Part shown: positions 59,277 to 64,000 of the stretch, piece by piece
Numbering within the stretch: the first letter of the stretch is position 1
Layout: every line of letters begins with the position of its first letter
Position numbers and translations under genes: made by a program
Assembly: GCF_020745735.1 (NCBI RefSeq)
Contig: NC_083413.1
Coordinates: 97,226,796 to 97,290,795 of the forward strand
Source of the DNA: Hemiscyllium ocellatum
Taxonomy: Eukaryota
Direction: 5' to 3'
DNA length: 64,000 nucleotides
The notes under the pieces: generated by a model
Database searches by the model: none
What the model was told of the DNA's origin: nothing
What the model saw: only the letters and a program-made list of their open reading frames with translations

Positions 59277-62200
59277 AAGAGAGAGAGAGCCAAGCCGGCT
59301 AAGATAAAAGGTAGGGAGGAGGGACTAGGGGGAGGGGCGATGGAGGTGGGATAGGTGGAAGGAGGTCAAGGTGAGGGTGATAGGCCGGAGTGGGGTGGGG
59401 GCGGAGAGGTCAGGAAGAGGATTGCAGGTTAGGAGGGCGGTGCTGAGTTGAGGGAACCGACTGAGACAAGGTGGGGGGAGGGGAAATGAGGAAGCTGGAG
59501 AAATCTGAATTCATACCTTGTGGTTGGAGGGTTCCCAGGCGGTAACCTACAGAACCAGCAGGAAACTATTTAACCTCCACTGTCTTCAAACCAAAACCAA
59601 AGTCACCCCAACCAGTGTAATCGAGCTGCAGGACATTCATGATGTTTGCATGTCTGCAATCTGAGGATTTCTGCAGACCACTGTCAGCACCTTTACAGTG
59701 ACTATGACAGCATGGGTCACACTCTGAACATCCTCAAGTTGAAGGTCCTCCACCAACCTGGCCTGGTATTGCAGAGTAAGCCCCAATTGTCAAAAGTAAA
59801 TGTTGGTCTAGCCAATGGTGCCCATGAATGAATGTTAAAAAATATAAAAAGGAACCTGGGAATCACTGGCTCAAGACCATCCAAAGTGGAGGAGGAGCAT
59901 CGGGAAGGTACCGAGCACCTCGGGGTAAAAGCAGAAGCCAGGTGCAAACAATGCAAAGACCAGGCCAGGCTGTTGCACCAGCACCTCTCCCACCCCCTTC
60001 CCTTATTCACTTTTTGCCCCAAGTGTGGTAGAGTCTGTGAAACCACATCGGTTTGTACAGTGACCTACAGATTCACCCTGAGAGTGGAGGAGAGTCATCC
60101 TAATCTTCAACCGTCAATGAAATGATGAGATATGAAGATTGTATTCTCTCACAATTATCCGTGCTTTTGTTACAAATTTCAATAATCCCCTGTTTAATAC
60201 AGTGTCTAACAATGTAATGTTGTTAGGGGGCCTTAACACTGCCCTTCCACTTCTGTTGTCTGACACTTATTACTCAGAATTAGCATTCAGACATATTCAT
60301 AATCGGAGGCTAAATATTTTCTTGGTAATCCCATTGTTATCACTACCTAGTGTGGGTTTAATTGCTGCCTCTGTCTGCATCTCTCTTTCCCTCTTGCAGC
60401 TCCTCCAGATCATGAGCCAAGACTATTCTCCACTTCAGAGAGATAAGGCAGCACAGGTCAGGGATGGAGACTGCGATTTTCAAGATGCCTGTGGCACTCC
60501 GTACCATTCTACATGTGTAGTCCTCAATGCATCAGCCTAATTCCTGGATCTGTCTATTTCTCTGTCTCCTGTAGGTACTCAGGATGTTCCTGACCCAGCA
60601 GAATTCCCAACTCCTGTGTTGCCCATCACTTCATTAAAGACAATCAATCAGCCATTCCCACCATCATGTTAGGGTCCTGCTTTCACCTGTGCTGTACTGG
60701 CCCTCACTGAGATAGCATGGGTAATCATGTCTGTGTATTTATCTTTAATCCCTATATCCGTCCCTATCTGTGTAATCCTCTCCAGCCCCTACAACCCTCC
60801 TTATCTGTGAAAAATTGTCCAGTCTCTTGAGCCATCCCTGTAAGTTTAATCTCTTCCAGACCAGAAAACCTTCTCGATTTGGGCTTGTTGGGCCGAAGGG
60901 CCTGTTTCCACACAGTAGGGACTCTCATTCTTTTTTGTCACTACGTAAAGCTCCTCCTCCTCTCATCATCTTTGTCACTTTGCCCTATCACTACAAAAAT
61001 CTGCCTACCTTAGTGACCTCCTCCGCCTATTAGAAGCCTACTGGTCTCTGGATAAGATCCAGAGCTCCTCTCCCAGTCACATATTTTAGTCTCTACAATC
61101 CTAAGAAGTCTATAAGCTCCTTCTATCTCTAAAACACACAATCTCTGTAAACTCTACCAGCCCCTACTACTCTCCCAATGCATGTCACCTCCTTCAGTCA
61201 CCACCAGCCTTTATATCTTCAACCTCCTCCAGACATGACAATACTTTTTATTTCCATAACCTACTTGAGCTCCTATCATCGTCCCTATGACTGTCACCAT
61301 GTCCCATCCTATGTACTTCCGTTTCTCTGTAAAATCCTCCCATTCTTAAAGCTTTCAGTATCTCCTCAGCTCCGTTGTGAACACAAATAAGAAGTATTCA
61401 TTTAAGACCGCACCTTCTCCTTCTGGCTCCATCTACAGATTGCCCCATTCTTCCTCTGGGAATCCTCTTGTTCTGTCTATACTTATAAAATATGCTGCTG
61501 TTTGCCCTTAGTTTATAAGAACCTCCTTGCACTATTTATACTTTTGAAGGGCTTCACCTGATTTTATTGCACTGTAGTTTCATTATCAAACTTATGATAT
61601 CGCTTGATCAGAATTCACTGGATTTACTGCCTGTGCCATTCACTTCTCACTGAACACATTGGCCCTGAATTCTCACTGTATCACTTCAAAACACTCCCAC
61701 GTTTTGAATATAGACTCAACTGCAAGTAATTTCTCTCCCAGTCCGTTTGCCAGATCCTGTCTAATGATAGTGATAATGTCTAGTGATAGTGGCAATCTAA
61801 TAATAAGTGGTTTTTGCCAAATTTAGACACTTAACTTCTGCAATATCTTTATTCCTTTCCATAATGCCTTTGAAACTTTGAGTTATAATCACTATCCCTA
61901 AAAAAAACTGCAGAAATCCTGATATCTGTCATATTATCTAGCAGCTACAGCCCACCCTGTTTGTCACATCCTCCAGCCCTGACCATCTTCCCCAACTGTG
62001 CACCTTCCTCCAACCTCTACAGCAAGTGATATCACTGTAACCTTCTCCAGTCCTGACAGCACCTCACTCCTTCTAACCTTCTACCATCCCTACACACCTC
62101 TCCATCCATGTGTGTGACATTCTGAAGCGACTTGATCCCCCTCTGTCTGTAACCTCATCCACTTTCTGTGATCTTCTCTATCTCTGTGACTTACGCCATC

Positions 62201-62737
62201 ATGACAACACTCGCTATCTCGAGCCTCCTCCAGTCACTACTAGTCTTTGTAACTCTGTAACCTGCTGTAGCCATCCATGTTAAAACCATCCATGTGTCTG
62301 TGACATTATCTTGATTGCTGTAACCACTTGCAGTCCCTACAACTGTAATATATGCCAGTCTGAATAATCCTTGGTAATTCTAATAACCTCATCCAGTACC
62401 TGCAACTCTCAGTATTATGAACTTCATCCATTCTCAATAACTGTCCCTACCTCTGTAATCATCCCAAACCTCCACAGCCCTCTGATTTGCTGTAATCTTC
62501 TCCAATCCCCCTAAAGTACACTATTTATGTGACCTTCTCCTGTTCCTTTTCCACACCCTGACTGTACCTTCCTCCTGTTCCTCTAATCCCTGTTGAACAT
62601 TGTGACCTCATTCAATCTCAGCAATGTTCTGTATAATCAGGTCTTCTGACAGTCCCGTCAACCATCCCTGTCTCTTGAACATTACCTAGTCCCCTCAACT
62701 TTCCTTTTCTCTGTAAACTCCTATAGCTGCTAAACCT

Positions 62738-63060
62738 ATGGTGGCTCAGTGGCTAGCACTGCTACTTCACAGTGTAAGAGACCTGGGTTCAATTCCACCC
62801 TTGGACAATTGTCTGTGTGGGGTTTCCACATTCTCCCCATGTCTGTGCGGGTTCCTCCCACATTCCAAAGATGTTCAGGTTAAGTGGATTGGCTGTGTTA
62901 ATTTGCCTGGAGTGTTCAGGGGTGTGTAGGTTAGGTGCAGTAGTCATGGGCAAATGTAGAGTGATAGGATAGGGGAATGGGTCTAAGAGGGTTACTCTGT
63001 GGAGAGTTGGTGCAGATTTGTTGGGCCAAATGGCCTGTTTCTACACTGTAGGGATTCTAT
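62738..63060 (+). mobile_element. HE1-type SINE
   Basis: A box tggctcagtggctagc, B box gggttcaattcc, HE1 core and LINE tail. Confidence 0.88.
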
Positions 63061-63078
63061 GAAAACACTCATTGCCTA

Positions 63079-63386
63079 AAGTTAAAAATCGCACAACACC
63101 AGGTTATAGTCCAACAGGTTTAATTGGAAGCACACTAGCTTTCGGAGCGATGCTCCTTCATCAGATGAATATAGACTCAACTGCAAGTAGTTTCTCTCCC
63201 AGTCCGTTTGCCAGAAGCGTCGCTCCGAAACCTAGTGTGCTAGGTGTTGTGTGATTTTTAACTTTGTACACCCCAGTCCAACCTGGTGTTGTGTGATTTT
63301 TAAATTTGTACATCCCAGTCCAACCTGGTGTTGTGTGATTTTTAAGTTTGTACATCCCAGTCCAACACCAGCATCTCCAAATCATG
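63079..63386. mobile_element. Rearranged second-family Penelope pLTR insertion with captured local DNA
   Basis: 12-bp TSD ACTCATTGCCTA (63067-63078, 63387-63398). Confidence 0.85.
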
Positions 63387-63537
63387 ACTCATTGCCTACG
63401 TAGCCTTCTCTTGTCCTTGTATATGACTGTGACCTCTTCCTGCCTTTAGAATTTTCCCTAGCACTGTAACTTTGGAGTTAATGAATGAATGAATTAACTT
63501 TATTGTCACGTGGTCAAATTAGTATAGTTAATACATT

Positions 63538-63831
63538 GGGGCAGCACCATGGCTCAGTGGTTAGCACTGCTGCCTCACAAAGCCAGAGGCCCGGGTTCAA
63601 TTCCCACCTCTGTGTGAAGTTCGCACATTCTCCCTGTGTCTGTATGAGTTTCCTCCCACAGTCCAAAGATGTGGGTCAGGCGAATTGGCCATGCTAAATT
63701 GCCCGTAGTGTTAAGTCCATTAGTCAGGGTAAATGTAGGAGAATGGGTCTGGGTGGGTTGCTCTTCGGAGTGTCGGTGTGGACTTGTTGGGCTGAAGGGC
63801 CTGTTTCCACACTGTACGGAATCTAATCTAA
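63538..63831 (+). mobile_element. HE1-type SINE, well preserved
   Basis: A and B boxes, core, tail ccacactgtacggaatctaatctaa. Confidence 0.92.
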
Positions 63832-64000
63832 GAAACGTTTGTGAGTCGCCATTTACAGTGCTATCTAGGGTACAAAGGTACCTAGGTATAGACTCTACAG
63901 TTACAAGATTGAATACATTGCAACAATGTCACCAACATACTGCCACCTTAGGTATAGAGTATCTAGGTACAATCATTACTAACAGAATACAGAAATTGAG

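Larger units (their letters stand above)
55519..59542 (-). mobile_element. Full-length Neptune-type Penelope-like element with 361-bp terminal direct repeats (55519-55879, 59182-59542)
   Basis: 14-bp TSD TAACCTACAGAACC (55505-55518, 59543-59556); the repeats differ at one position seen. Confidence 0.97.
55245..60060 (+). mobile_element. RTE-clade LINE fragment (55245-55518 and 59543-about 60060), split by the full-length Penelope element
   Basis: FDLTKAFDT, VKQGCVIAP and GLTYRT|SRKLFNL join across the TSD; C-terminal CPKCGRVC motif. Confidence 0.8.

Noticed and set aside
60139-60540. 133-aa hydrophobic ORF
   Set aside because: It reads through AT-rich intron-like sequence and a polypyrimidine acceptor; no family motif.
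63538-63610. tRNA-like sequences with A/B boxes (also 62738, 9838 and others)
   Set aside because: They are SINE heads continuing into HE1 core and tail, not tRNA genes.

Overview
Eukaryotic, repeat-dominated DNA, almost certainly from an elasmobranch (shark). The evidence is many HE1-type tRNA-derived SINEs with their partner CR1/HER1-type LINE fragments, plus cartilaginous-fish GPR139-like receptor remnants. No intact host gene is supported. Main contents: (1) a 3.4-kb 33-bp satellite (4035-7450) whose unit resembles the DeuSINE core; (2) a deleted class I (epsilon/gamma-like) endogenous retrovirus at 19264-26090, with both LTRs, tRNA-Lys PBS, PPT, 4-bp TSD and a UAG read-through signal; (3) this provirus interrupts the env gene of an older, different retro-element on the minus strand (about 18940-28200), which has a gag, no pol and a furin/heptad fusion-protein-type env of foamy/lokiretrovirus-like character, with two more env fragments at about 33390-34250 and 1760-2020; (4) a near-intact Neptune-type Penelope-like element (55519-59542, 14-bp TSD, one nonsense codon) and many derivatives with hammerhead ribozyme motifs, including one that captured 50 bp of neighbouring DNA; (5) a two-exon GPR139-like pseudogene, a second GPCR fragment, two local segmental duplications and two assembly gaps. 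All assignments come from reading and aligning by eye; no searches were run.
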